Origin: Promethearchaeota archaeon
Lineage (GTDB): Archaea; Asgardarchaeota; Lokiarchaeia; Sigyniarchaeales; SOKP01
Direction: 5' to 3'
DNA length: 50,363 bases
NCBI GenBank assembly: GCA_018238625.1
Contig: JABCSY010000018.1
Span: 1-50,363 of the forward strand
Part shown: positions 26,226-36,576 of the stretch, in pieces
Layout: each line of letters opens with the position of its first letter
How positions within the stretch are numbered: position 1 is the first letter of the stretch
Notes under the pieces: model-generated
The model's database searches: none
Seen by the model: only the letters and a program-made list of their open reading frames with translations
Told to the model about the DNA's origin: nothing
Made by a program: the position numbers and the translations under genes

Positions 26226-28084
26226 ATTCTATGATCTTGCAAAAGACTTAAGACGTAACGTTGTGTAATTAAATCTGAACTTACTTTTCCTAAAACCTTT
26301 CCGTCCTTAACAACTGGCATAGCAGAAATTTGATATTGTTCTAATTCACGTACAATGTCTAGCATAGTATAATCCGGGGAGGCTGTTATGACATCTTTAG
26401 TCATAATTTTTTCAACGGTAACATCACACACCCCATCAGCAGCAGCTTGGGTTATATCCCAATCGGTTGCAACTCCTATAAGCTTACCTTTTGAAAGAAC
26501 GGCAACTATACCAGAACTTTCATCTATCATTAACTTTGCAACATCTTGCATGCTACTGTTCATATCTATTGTTGGAGTCGGAACCATTATATCCTTAGCA
26601 GTTCGTTGGCTTTCTTTTGCTGAAAGTCGTTGGATGCTTACACGCTGCGCAGCTGTACAAGGTAGCATGTCTGGGTTAGCTGCTAATAAATCAACTAGTT
26701 CAATCATGTTATGGTGAATAACATTTTCTCTATATTCCTCTCCCGCTATTAGGCGTTGTTTTGATAGTTTAGCAAATTCATCTTCGTGATCCTTCAGCCA
26801 TTTTTCTACTGCTTCAGGATTTCCTAGCATTTCATCCGGTATTTGAAGGTTTTCAGGTGTCTTGATAATATGTTCTTGAGCGGCAAAAATTACGCCCCCT
26901 GAATTAACTAAATAATCGTTAGCTATCATTACTCCTTTTTCGCCATACACTATTTGCTCCATGCGGGTTCTAGCTGCCCTTCTATTGGGATCTGGAGAGT
27001 AAGTATTTGCACCTTCAATAATTACTGACCATTTTCCCATTCGATCGACCAACATCGATGCCTCATCAGAAGAGCGTACGCCTAAATAATTAAATATTGG
27101 AGCAGCAGGTACCATACAAAAAGCGTTCTCAAGAAGTAAGTTATTAGCGTTTGTAGAATATTTGGTTGGATGTTTATATCCCTCGGGTGCAACCTTATCT
27201 TTAAAATATGTATTAGTAACTAAGCCAAAGTTTTTCCATAAACCGAAAAGTTCTTCAATTGGAAGCCCATTTTCATTATATAAATAACCTTCCAAATCAC
27301 TTATACCTATTACTTTAGCAGCAGAGATTCGTTCTTTTAGTATACGTGAAGCATGTGCTCCAACAGCTCCAAAGCCTTGAATGATTACCGTAAGATCACT
27401 CTCTTCGGGTATTTCTAAATTAGCAAATTGAGGTAGAACTCTCAATCGTGGCAGTATTTTCAATAAAGTCTGCAACGCAATCACAACCCCTCCCGCTGCG
27501 CCCCCTAATTCATCTATTCGATTACCCCCCATATCGGCTGGTTTAGATACAGCGCTATCCAATCCATTTTCTATAGCAACTAATTTCATATCAGCATCTT
27601 TAGTTCCAACATCTGGACCTGGAACATAAATATCTTTATATTGTCGTATCAAACGGGCAAAACCGCTAACTATTTTGTCGTGTTCTTCAGGAGAGATAGT
27701 TCGCTCAGCCACAATACCTGATTTTCCACCCCCATAAGGAAGGTTAGCGGCTGCGTTTTTTAGAGTCATGCCTCGAGCTAAATTATGTATATCAGCGGGA
27801 GTTATGTCTGGTAACATTCTAATACCACCCATAGACGGCCTTCCCATAGAAAGATTATCGACAACTAAATATCCCCCAATTTCTAATTGTGAACTCTCAT
27901 CCCATATACAGGCTACAAGTTGAGGGCCAAGTCTATCGCTTACAATTCCTAACCTTGATAAAAGGTGCTCATCAACATTAGTAAATTCTAGATAACATTT
28001 CCCTTTATCTTTTTTAAGTCTATTTTTTAGAGTAGCTTCCGGAAGATGCTCGCGAAGATAAACATCCATCTTTTTTGGAATCAT
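26222..28084 (-). CDS. Glu/Leu/Phe/Val dehydrogenase with C-terminal CBS pair
   Basis: GGIR, GMTLKNA, GGGKSG, GPDVGT, QGFGAVG, EGAN, NSGGV; TAKDIM and VEKIMTKDVIT…AMPVV CBS domains. Confidence 0.88.
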   Translation of the reverse strand: MIPKKMDVYLREHLPEATLKNRLKKDKGKCYLEFTNVDEHLLSRLGIVSDRLGPQLVACIWDESSQLEIGGYLVVDNLSMGRPSMGGIRMLPDITPADIHNLARGMTLKNAAANLPYGGGKSGIVAERTISPEEHDKIVSGFARLIRQYKDIYVPGPDVGTKDADMKLVAIENGLDSAVSKPADMGGNRIDELGGAAGGVVIALQTLLKILPRLRVLPQFANLEIPEESDLTVIIQGFGAVGAHASRILKERISAAKVIGISDLEGYLYNENGLPIEELFGLWKNFGLVTNTYFKDKVAPEGYKHPTKYSTNANNLLLENAFCMVPAAPIFNYLGVRSSDEASMLVDRMGKWSVIIEGANTYSPDPNRRAARTRMEQIVYGEKGVMIANDYLVNSGGVIFAAQEHIIKTPENLQIPDEMLGNPEAVEKWLKDHEDEFAKLSKQRLIAGEEYRENVIHHNMIELVDLLAANPDMLPCTAAQRVSIQRLSAKESQRTAKDIMVPTPTIDMNSSMQDVAKLMIDESSGIVAVLSKGKLIGVATDWDITQAAADGVCDVTVEKIMTKDVITASPDYTMLDIVRELEQYQISAMPVVKDGKVLGKVSSDLITQRYVLSLLQDHRI

Positions 28085-28238
28085 GATTTCTTTCCTAATA
28101 TTTTCTTATCTTAATTTAAGTAATACTTCAATTGATAATAATTTAAGATTGATTTTAAGGTATAATTATTTTAGGATAGTTTTACTTATATGGATTTTTA
28201 AGTGTAATTAATTACTTGATGTACGAGATAAAATAGAA

Positions 28239-28529
28239 ATGGTAACGATAATAGCAACACTTAAAGTAAAAGAAGGCAAACTCGATGAAGCAATTGAAGT
28301 TTTGAAGAAAATAGGCCCTCAGATAAAAGCTTCGGAGCCAGGAACTTTAGAATACATTCCTCACACAGTCGCAGGTCGTAAATTTAAAAATACGATTATT
28401 TTTTACGAGAAATACGAAAGTGAAGAAGCAATGAAAACACACATGGCTAACTTAGCTAAAGCAACTGCGAAATTAGTTCCGTTATTAGAACCCGGAATGG
28501 ATTTAAAAACTTGTTTTGAAATAGTTTAA
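28239..28529 (+). CDS. antibiotic biosynthesis monooxygenase (ABM) family protein
   Basis: IIATLKVKEGK, SEPGTLEY, FYEKYESEEAMKTH. Confidence 0.85.
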   Translation: MVTIIATLKVKEGKLDEAIEVLKKIGPQIKASEPGTLEYIPHTVAGRKFKNTIIFYEKYESEEAMKTHMANLAKATAKLVPLLEPGMDLKTCFEIV

Positions 28530-28549
28530 AAAATATATTTTTATTTTTT

Positions 28550-30124
28550 TTAATTGTCTTGAATAAAAGGTTTGCCAAAACTCAAGCACAATTCTGCTCT
28601 ACTTAACTCCCGTCCTATATAATAAATATGAGCCAAACTGTTAGTTAAGTTTAATTCAAGAATTTTTTTACCAAGTGCTTCCGCACTACTCCCTATTAAA
28701 GTCTTAAGAAGAATATTATCGTTAGAAAAAAACATAACATAGATTTCTTTAGCGTAATGGTTTACATAGAATTTAAAATATCCTTTTTTATCGGGAGTAT
28801 AGCCAAGATCGTATTTGTTCACAAGAATAGCTTTCGTTTTATTAATATCGGGTATTTTTTGACTTGTTTTTCCTTTTGCTTTAAAAATATTAATGCCGTG
28901 ATTTATAGGAGGTGTTTTTTTGAATTTTGAGACATAATTTAGTTTCACGCTCTCTTTAAGTTCGGCTACCCCACCCATTAATTTAGTGCTATGCTCAACG
29001 GTAAATAATATCCCCATATCCAATTCAATTGCGATGCTTGCCAACAACCCATTTATTCCCACTGAATCGATATCCATAAGCTCTACTACGTTAGAAACGC
29101 CAAAGAAGAGAGGTAATTCCAATTTCCTATTTTTTTCTTTTAAAACTTGCTTTTTATACAAGAAATATGCTTCCAAAGAATTGCAGATCCCTGGAACGAT
29201 GGGAGTCTCTAATAGTGGATCGGCAATCAACTTTTTAAATCCTTCTTGTCTCAATTCTTGCGTTAATTTAAACAAATTTTTTACTCTTCTTTCTGGTTCT
29301 TTAGGGAAATAGGAAGACTTGATGTTTGTTGGTAATATTACAATAGGTATATCTCTAGGAATACTTAAGAGATCCTTATAATTTCCAAGATCTAAACTTA
29401 GGATCATATCCACGCCTTCATCAACAGCAGCCAAAATTTCACTTTTTTCCATTGAATCGACACTAATTAAAACATTAAACTTATTTCGTATAAGATTAAC
29501 AATCTCTTTTACCCTCTCTGGATATAGTTTGTTTGCTACGCATCCAATATCAATAATATCGGCACCAGATTCGATATAATGTTTTGCTTTTTTAATTATC
29601 TCTTGATTACTTTTTTCTGGACAATTAACAATTTCGGCAATAATCGGAGGAGGAAGATTACGTCCAATCACAATATCTGAGATTTTTTTGTTGATATAAA
29701 AAGTATGGAATCCAAGATCGTTCTTAGCTATTTCGATCTGTTCCTTAACAATTTCTTCATATATATTTTCGCAAGAAATCTCCAATAACTTATTTGCTGC
29801 AACTTTATTCGATAATTTGATAGTTTCCAAATGTTTTATAATCATAGGAAGGTCGGAAGCGAATTCAGGACCTTTCTTTATGTCTATTGAATATTGCTCC
29901 TCTATTTTTGTAGTATCCCACTGAACGAATCCCGGAAGGAGGATTAACGCGTATTCACTTAGAGAAACAACTTTTATAATATCTTCAACAATATCTTCCG
30001 ATAGAAAAGCAGAAATAGTTATGGGAGCTTTAACTACGTCAATCTTGTATTTTTTAATAGGCTCTATAACGTTCTTTATGATTGGATAACTATTTATCCC
30101 AGTAATAATTAAAATTTTCTTAAT
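28550..30124 (-). CDS. dihydropteroate synthase-like protein (methanopterin-associated)
   Basis: IIAEI, GADIIDIG, ISVDS, ADPLL, FFGVSNVVELMDIDSVG, C-terminal DKKGYF…HIYYIGREL; frame is open upstream (KILIITG…LLPG…KGP) to ATT at 30124. Confidence 0.88.
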   Translation of the reverse strand: MKKILIITGINSYPIIKNVIEPIKKYKIDVVKAPITISAFLSEDIVEDIIKVVSLSEYALILLPGFVQWDTTKIEEQYSIDIKKGPEFASDLPMIIKHLETIKLSNKVAANKLLEISCENIYEEIVKEQIEIAKNDLGFHTFYINKKISDIVIGRNLPPPIIAEIVNCPEKSNQEIIKKAKHYIESGADIIDIGCVANKLYPERVKEIVNLIRNKFNVLISVDSMEKSEILAAVDEGVDMILSLDLGNYKDLLSIPRDIPIVILPTNIKSSYFPKEPERRVKNLFKLTQELRQEGFKKLIADPLLETPIVPGICNSLEAYFLYKKQVLKEKNRKLELPLFFGVSNVVELMDIDSVGINGLLASIAIELDMGILFTVEHSTKLMGGVAELKESVKLNYVSKFKKTPPINHGINIFKAKGKTSQKIPDINKTKAILVNKYDLGYTPDKKGYFKFYVNHYAKEIYVMFFSNDNILLKTLIGSSAEALGKKILELNLTNSLAHIYYIGRELSRAELCLSFGKPFIQDN

Positions 30125-31220
30125 TTAAATCACTCAATAGTTTTTCTTTATCAAATGGAATAAAAATATCGTCTAAAATTGAGCCCTTAGCTTCTTTGAT
30201 CTTTAAATTGCTTACTATTGGTTCAAATTCGCCCCCCAGTAGACCATTTGCTATGAATGCTGCACCTTGGGCGGCACGCTTGGATAAGCTACTATAAGAG
30301 GTCATCAATTTAACGGGAACACCGATGTCTATACTATTTATAATTTTATCTTTTATGTAATGTAATTCTGAACCTCTTCCCGCCAATAATATTTCGTATA
30401 TTTTATCTTTGCTTGAAAAAGATGAAGAAATTCCGTAAATCGCTTTAGTTACATCTGAGATGTATGCGTTAAGAGCCATCTTCGTCTGTTCGTCTTTTTT
30501 AGCTAGTAAAATTATTTCTTTTAAGCTTAAATCTTCGTATCCAGCAATAAAAGACACTCCTCCCTTGTAAATGTTTTCTTTTTTAATGTGTTTAATTAAA
30601 TAAGCTAATTCTCCATCGAGACTTCCACAGGCTCTAAAACCCATAATGTTAGAGCCCCCAATTCCGTCAATAATTTGTCCGTTTTCAATAGCTAAAACGG
30701 CTGTAAATCCGTAACCAATTTCTACCATAATGAAGTTAGATTTTTCTGGACCAATATTCAACCTTTCCATTTGATCTCGTATGCCCGTAACAGCAGTACA
30801 TAGTTTATCTGCGGTCCCAAGGTCAATTTTATTGATTTTACGATGTCTGGGTACGGTTGGTAAATGTTTAACACCAGGTACAATAACTCCGGGTATGTTT
30901 TCCGCTTTTATCAAACGAAGGACTTCTCCTAGACCGATTAATTTATCCTTCTCTTTTTTATTAAATTTTAATAATGTAAAAAAAATATCTTTTTCAGTTA
31001 TATCTTTAATATTTTTCAACGGTAATCCAAAACCGCTAGGTGCTACTATTAAATCAACGTTTCCAATTGATTTTATGATTGATATAGCTTTATGTGGTTC
31101 TTTCATTAGTTCCTTTGTGGGAATAGAAGCATCTAGGATAATTTCATTGTTTTCCAAACCAAAAAAATCCCAAGAAAGAGAGCCAGGGTCAATTCCGATT
31201 ACCTTATACACAATAATCAA
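30120..31220 (-). CDS. DUF1464 family ASKHA-fold (butyrate kinase-like) protein
   Basis: IGIDPGS, APSGFGLP, NKIDLGTADK, GQIIDGIGG, LDGELAY. Confidence 0.82.
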   Translation of the reverse strand: MIIVYKVIGIDPGSLSWDFFGLENNEIILDASIPTKELMKEPHKAISIIKSIGNVDLIVAPSGFGLPLKNIKDITEKDIFFTLLKFNKKEKDKLIGLGEVLRLIKAENIPGVIVPGVKHLPTVPRHRKINKIDLGTADKLCTAVTGIRDQMERLNIGPEKSNFIMVEIGYGFTAVLAIENGQIIDGIGGSNIMGFRACGSLDGELAYLIKHIKKENIYKGGVSFIAGYEDLSLKEIILLAKKDEQTKMALNAYISDVTKAIYGISSSFSSKDKIYEILLAGRGSELHYIKDKIINSIDIGVPVKLMTSYSSLSKRAAQGAAFIANGLLGGEFEPIVSNLKIKEAKGSILDDIFIPFDKEKLLSDLN

Positions 31221-31375
31221 TAAATCTTTTAATTTACTAATTATAAAAGTTCAATAATTCTTTTTATTTTAATGGTTCTTCTTTAAAATTAAAAAGTTAT
31301 TATTAAAATATAAAGAATTAAAAATCTTGGAAGTATTCTAATTTATACAAATTAATACATTAAATATCTAAAGTA

Positions 31376-32107
31376 ATGTCATCTAGATTTCAAACAAATC
31401 CCAAATCTATAGGCTTAAAAGAAGATTACTTGTACGAAGTTTTAGCAACAACTTTCTCAATTAATAACAACAAGATCATACCAAATACGGCATGCATGGG
31501 TATAAGATTAATAGATGATAGCTCGATAAAATTGCGTCCTTATCCAAACACATCTACGTACAAAAATTTGAGAAGTAATAAACTTATCACGCTCAATTTT
31601 GTTGACGACATTTATCTTTATTCTTTAGCTTCATTAAAAGATTTTAAACGATCTAAGAACATCAAAATTTTTCCAGAAGAATTTTACGACTATTATAAAT
31701 TAGAGAATAAAGAAAATATTCACTTAAATTCAGAAATAGTTTCATTACCTTATATAAAGCAAGCATGGGCAATGATCGCTTGCGTATCTATGGGCGAAGA
31801 GCAGATCGCTAAAGATGACAATTTAGGAGAATCGAAGGTTATTGAATTTACCCTATCAATCATTTCTTGCGATAAATTTAACGATTCTTTTAAGATTTTT
31901 AATAGAGCAGAAAATTTAGCCTTGGAAACTATTATTTTAGCAACTAAATTAAAAGTTGCTGAAGAAAAAAAAGACAAATCTTTAGTCCAAAAAATTGAGC
32001 AAAAAATAGAAGATTATTTTGTCGAAATACAAAGATTTGGAAAAAACTTAAGTGCTTTAAAAGCAGTAGAACATGTTAAGGACTATATTAAAAATTTAAA
32101 GGATTAG
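31376..32107 (+). CDS. DUF447 family protein
   Basis: YEVLATT…PNTACMGI…TYKNL; FNRAENLALETIILATK. Confidence 0.75.
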   Translation: MSSRFQTNPKSIGLKEDYLYEVLATTFSINNNKIIPNTACMGIRLIDDSSIKLRPYPNTSTYKNLRSNKLITLNFVDDIYLYSLASLKDFKRSKNIKIFPEEFYDYYKLENKENIHLNSEIVSLPYIKQAWAMIACVSMGEEQIAKDDNLGESKVIEFTLSIISCDKFNDSFKIFNRAENLALETIILATKLKVAEEKKDKSLVQKIEQKIEDYFVEIQRFGKNLSALKAVEHVKDYIKNLKD

Positions 32108-32499
32108 TTTTTAGTCGTTATTTTATCAATAAACATCAAAGGATATCTGAGGTCTTCAACCCACTCTACTTTTGCCGTGATTTCAACTGATTTATATTCG
32201 AGCACAACTGTCGCGTTTATGACTTTTCCAGTAATCTCATCGTACTCAAATTCGGTTGATTTATCCCCTTTGATTTTTTCGCGGTCAATGTTAATTTTAA
32301 CAGATTTTACATATGGTTGACATGAGATTGCTGCTTCTATACCTTTTTCGATAGAATCAATAACCTTCGTATTTGAAGATATTGGTATCCCACATAAAAT
32401 ATGATAAAGAGCTCCTAATTTTATACCTATTTCGAAACTAGCTCTTTCTCTTAAACTTACATTGGAAGAAAAATAGACTTTTTCTTTATCGTTGGACAT
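32104..32499 (-). CDS. mptD: archaeal dihydroneopterin aldolase
   Basis: RERASFEIGIKLGALYH, QPYV, LRYPLM. Confidence 0.88.
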   Translation of the reverse strand: MSNDKEKVYFSSNVSLRERASFEIGIKLGALYHILCGIPISSNTKVIDSIEKGIEAAISCQPYVKSVKINIDREKIKGDKSTEFEYDEITGKVINATVVLEYKSVEITAKVEWVEDLRYPLMFIDKITTKN

Positions 32500-33512
32500 T
32501 AAACATCATCTAAAAATTCAATTTTTGCTCCACAATTATTAGGTTTGCATATGTAAATATGGCCAATAATATTATTCAGGCGCATTTGAACATTTTTTAA
32601 AAGTTTATTCGCATCTTCATCAGATTCAACAATTCCGACTATGCTTGGTCCGAAAGAAGACATTCCAAATGCTTTAACTCCAAAGTCTTCAAAAAGAGAT
32701 AGAACATTTTTGACAATATCATGTTGTAGAGATATCTCTATTTTCTTGAACCCGATACGTTGTATTCTTTTTAAACCTTCACCAAAACATTCCAAATCTT
32801 CGTTAATAATTCCAGGAATAACTTTCATCAAAATTTGGTGCGAAACTTCATTAACTTCTTCCTTTGGGATTGGAGCATGACTTTGAAAAATGCTTATTTC
32901 TTCGTCTCCGTAAGCTCCTTTTTTAACATTGGGTATAACTAATACAAATCTCCAATGTTTGGGTATTGGATATCTCATAATCGTAAGAGCTGGATCGGCT
33001 GTTGTTGAAGCTGAGGAAGGTAAGAACGATTCTTTCTCTTTTCCTTTACCAAAATTATGTCCTGCATCAATTATAAAGCCACCTTTCTCAAAACCTCTCC
33101 ACCCAATTCCTGATGTTCCGCCTCTTTGAACCAATTTTGTTAATTCTTGTACGGACACGCTCTTATTTTTCAGCTTAGTAATAGCAATTGCGATTGCTAA
33201 AGATAATTGAGTTTTAGAACCCAATCCTACATGACTTGGATAATATCTTTTAAGATTAAAATGAAAGTTTTTATTATTTATATTATATGCCTTGAAAATT
33301 TTCGATGCTTGTTCGTTAATTACTTCTATTGATTCTCGATAATACTTGTGAGCTTCAATTTTAAATTCTTCTGCGTGATTTGTCGCTTCAAAAACTACAT
33401 TAGGACGGTCTAACATGAGACCAATTCCACCATCAACTCTACCAGTGTATCCATTCTCGTCGATTAAGGAAAGGTGGATTCTACACGGGGTTGTAATTCT
33501 TATTTTTACCAT
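32499..33512 (-). CDS. mptG: beta-ribofuranosylaminobenzene 5'-phosphate synthase
   Basis: TPCRIHLSLID, GRVDGGIG, HVGLGSKTQ, RGGTSGIG, GGFIIDAGH, GMSSFGP. Confidence 0.92.
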   Translation of the reverse strand: MVKIRITTPCRIHLSLIDENGYTGRVDGGIGLMLDRPNVVFEATNHAEEFKIEAHKYYRESIEVINEQASKIFKAYNINNKNFHFNLKRYYPSHVGLGSKTQLSLAIAIAITKLKNKSVSVQELTKLVQRGGTSGIGWRGFEKGGFIIDAGHNFGKGKEKESFLPSSASTTADPALTIMRYPIPKHWRFVLVIPNVKKGAYGDEEISIFQSHAPIPKEEVNEVSHQILMKVIPGIINEDLECFGEGLKRIQRIGFKKIEISLQHDIVKNVLSLFEDFGVKAFGMSSFGPSIVGIVESDEDANKLLKNVQMRLNNIIGHIYICKPNNCGAKIEFLDDV

Positions 33513-33607
33513 TTTTAGTTAAGCTTTAAAAAAATTTAAAACTAAGATTATGAATTTTCAAAATAATATAAATATAATATAAATATAAATTGGGGTAGAA
33601 ATAAGAT

Positions 33608-35746
33608 TTAGAAACTTGAAAATATTCTAAATCCAAAATTTAAAATACCCCCAATCAATAAGGCTACACCTATCTCTAATAATGAAACTTGGATCGCGTA
33701 TTTCCAGCTAGTTTGTTTAGCAATAATAACAATGGTAGCGAAACATGGGATGTACAACATCGTAACCAAACAAAAATTAATCATTTGGAAGGGCGATAAT
33801 AATTCTATTAAAGGAATATTAATACTGTTAGCTAAAACAGCTAACAAAACTAAAGTTAACTCCTTCCTTAAAATTCCGTATATTAGAAATACTCCAGTTA
33901 TTGGCGGAAGTCCTAGCCAGAAAAAGGTTATAGGACTCAAAATGACATTTATTGGCTCTAAAGCATTAAAGATTAATAAAATTTCTAAAAGAATTCCAAG
34001 AACAATTATAATTGGCAAAGCCTTATATACAAACTCTCTTGTTCTAACCCATGTTTGTTTAAGAATAACTTTAGAATTTGGCATCCTGTATTCGTGCATT
34101 TCCATTATGAGTTCTGTGCATTGACCAGGCATTATTTTATTTAGAATTCGACCTATTAAAAAAATAACACCAAAATTAATTAAAAACAAAATGGTTACCC
34201 AGAAAAATCCCACATATCTCCCTACTAATCCTAAAACAACAGTCATTACTGCTGCGCATGGTACAAGAGAAGATAATACGACAGATAATTTTTTTTCTCG
34301 TTCAGTTTCCATAATTCTACACCCCGCACATGCAGGGACATTACAACCAAATCCTAAAATCATTGGAATAATTGTTTTTCCGTGGACACCGATAGTATGC
34401 ATAGTTTTATCCATTAAAAATGCTGCTCGAGGTAAGTAACCAGAATCTTGTAAAATTTCTATTATTAAAAAGAAAGGCACGACATATACTAAAACACCGC
34501 CTATACCACCTAGAAATCCTCCCAGCCCGCCGTCCCAAAATATCTTAACTATTAAATTTTCTTCTCCAAAAGAATTGTAAATAAATTCACTCCATATCGT
34601 ATATAGCTCATCTATTAATCCACTGAAAAAATCTCCAAAAGAAAAAGTAAATAAATAAATACCAAATAATACAGCAACTAAAATAAGATAACCAAAGATT
34701 GAATGAGTAGTAAGATGATCGAATACATCAGCGAGTCTGACTTTCTTTTTTCCTTTATGTGGTTTTATTGCTAAAGTTTTATCGTATATATCATGAATTT
34801 TGTTGTAAATTTCTGACGATATTATCGTATGAACATCTTCTCCGTGAATATCTTCCAGTTGATTTCGAAACTCATCGGCAGTTTTTATAATTTCATTATT
34901 TTTAAAACTACTTTTAATTTCTTCATCATTTTCCAATAACTTTATTGCTAAAAACCTTGGAGGGTACTTAATTAGGGCAGAAGATAGTTGAGTATTATTA
35001 ACCTCTATAATTAATTTACTAATACACGACTCAACTTCTTTCCCAAAGGAGAGCACTTCAGATAACTCAGGAAATTCAAAATTATTTTTCACTTTACTAT
35101 TTACTTTTACTTTGTCGTGAATATGTTCTGTTCGATAATAGTTGTGAGAATGATGGTCTTGCTCATCTCGGGTTTCTCCGTTGTAATGAGTATGAGGGTG
35201 CTGAAAAACGACCATTTCAATAGCTTCTTCTAAGAGTTGATGGACGCCTGTACCATGTACGGCAACTACAGGGAGTACGGGCAATTTAAAAATGTTTTCC
35301 AACGCTTTAAAATCAATTTCCATATTCCTTCTTCTTAAAATATCCATTTGGTTAATCGCAATAATTAATGGAACTTTTAATTCTAATAACTGAAACGTAA
35401 AAAATAAATTTCGTTCTAAATTCGTGGCATCAACAACATTTATGATAACATCAACATCATCGGAAACTATATATTCTCTACTAACTATTTCCTCTAAGGA
35501 GTAGGTAGAAAGAGAATAAATGCCAGGTAAATCAACGATATTAAAATGATATCCTAAAAAATCAAGATGGCCTTCCATTTTCTCAACTGTTTTACCGGGC
35601 CAATTTCCTATGGTTTGGCTTAACCCTGTAAGTTGGTTAAAAATAACTGATTTTCCTACGTTTGGGTTTCCTGCTAAGGCGATATTAATTGTATCCTTAT
35701 ACATTCCTTTATTTTTTAGTTTATTATTTGGGCTGTGACCACTCAT
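33608..35746 (-). CDS. feoB: ferrous iron transporter B
   Basis: GNPNVGKS, GNWPGKTVE, DLPGIYS, DSGYLPRAAF, GFGCNVP, YIPC. Confidence 0.96.
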   Translation of the reverse strand: MSGHSPNNKLKNKGMYKDTINIALAGNPNVGKSVIFNQLTGLSQTIGNWPGKTVEKMEGHLDFLGYHFNIVDLPGIYSLSTYSLEEIVSREYIVSDDVDVIINVVDATNLERNLFFTFQLLELKVPLIIAINQMDILRRRNMEIDFKALENIFKLPVLPVVAVHGTGVHQLLEEAIEMVVFQHPHTHYNGETRDEQDHHSHNYYRTEHIHDKVKVNSKVKNNFEFPELSEVLSFGKEVESCISKLIIEVNNTQLSSALIKYPPRFLAIKLLENDEEIKSSFKNNEIIKTADEFRNQLEDIHGEDVHTIISSEIYNKIHDIYDKTLAIKPHKGKKKVRLADVFDHLTTHSIFGYLILVAVLFGIYLFTFSFGDFFSGLIDELYTIWSEFIYNSFGEENLIVKIFWDGGLGGFLGGIGGVLVYVVPFFLIIEILQDSGYLPRAAFLMDKTMHTIGVHGKTIIPMILGFGCNVPACAGCRIMETEREKKLSVVLSSLVPCAAVMTVVLGLVGRYVGFFWVTILFLINFGVIFLIGRILNKIMPGQCTELIMEMHEYRMPNSKVILKQTWVRTREFVYKALPIIIVLGILLEILLIFNALEPINVILSPITFFWLGLPPITGVFLIYGILRKELTLVLLAVLANSINIPLIELLSPFQMINFCLVTMLYIPCFATIVIIAKQTSWKYAIQVSLLEIGVALLIGGILNFGFRIFSSF

Positions 35747-35832
35747 TTTTTAAAACTTCCCATCTTTTTTTAATGAATTCCTCTTAAGAAATTTATATCA
35801 AAACAATCCAATTTAATCTTATAACGCTATTA

Positions 35833-36144
35833 TTAAGTACAAGAATTGTTACGACTTACTACAATGCGGGATGCTAAACCTCTACCTATGACCAGCGAGG
35901 AGCCTTTAACCTTTATTTCTATTGGCCCTCTAAAAGGAGCATTTTTCATTTTTTTCACTTTTACTCCTGGTACAATCCCTAAATTAGCAAGTCGTGTTTT
36001 TGCCCTATATCCAGCATTTACACTTAATACTATAACTTCCTCTCCGCTTGCGCACTCAGTTAGATATGTTGTGAGTCGAGTTCCTATTTTGTGACTTATT
36101 CTACGATGTCTAGGCTGTCTAGGATTATGTGGTTGGAATGGCAT
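35833..36144 (-). CDS. feoA: ferrous iron transport protein A
   Basis: RLANLGIVPG…APFRGPI…IGRGLA; directly upstream of feoB. Confidence 0.92.
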   Translation of the reverse strand: MPFQPHNPRQPRHRRISHKIGTRLTTYLTECASGEEVIVLSVNAGYRAKTRLANLGIVPGVKVKKMKNAPFRGPIEIKVKGSSLVIGRGLASRIVVSRNNSCT

Positions 36145-36576
36145 TATTTTTTTTTGTTAAAGTTTTTATTACCAATTAAAAATAAAGATTCTACTTATTT
36201 AAACCTTTTAGTTTTAGTTAATTAGTAGAAAAAATTCTCTCAAAAGAACGATATTTGTTTTTGATTTAAAGAAATGTGAAACCAAAATCTTAAATTTTAA
36301 TAATTTAATCCATTATTATCTAAATATCGTTAATAGTATTAACTTAATTTCTTAAAAGGCATAAAAAAACGGATCAAAATTTGTATTATTAATACAAACA
36401 AACAAATATAAAAAAAGTTAACTTATATTGTTATTTGTAGTCGTGGTTTTGTATTTTTTAGACAATGATGTAAAACAATTGAGCAAGTTTTTATAAAGAT
36501 ATTTTATATATTTTTTATAGGGTTTACTAAATTATTTGGATTAATGAGAAATATTGAAAAAAATTAAATTTAGCGC

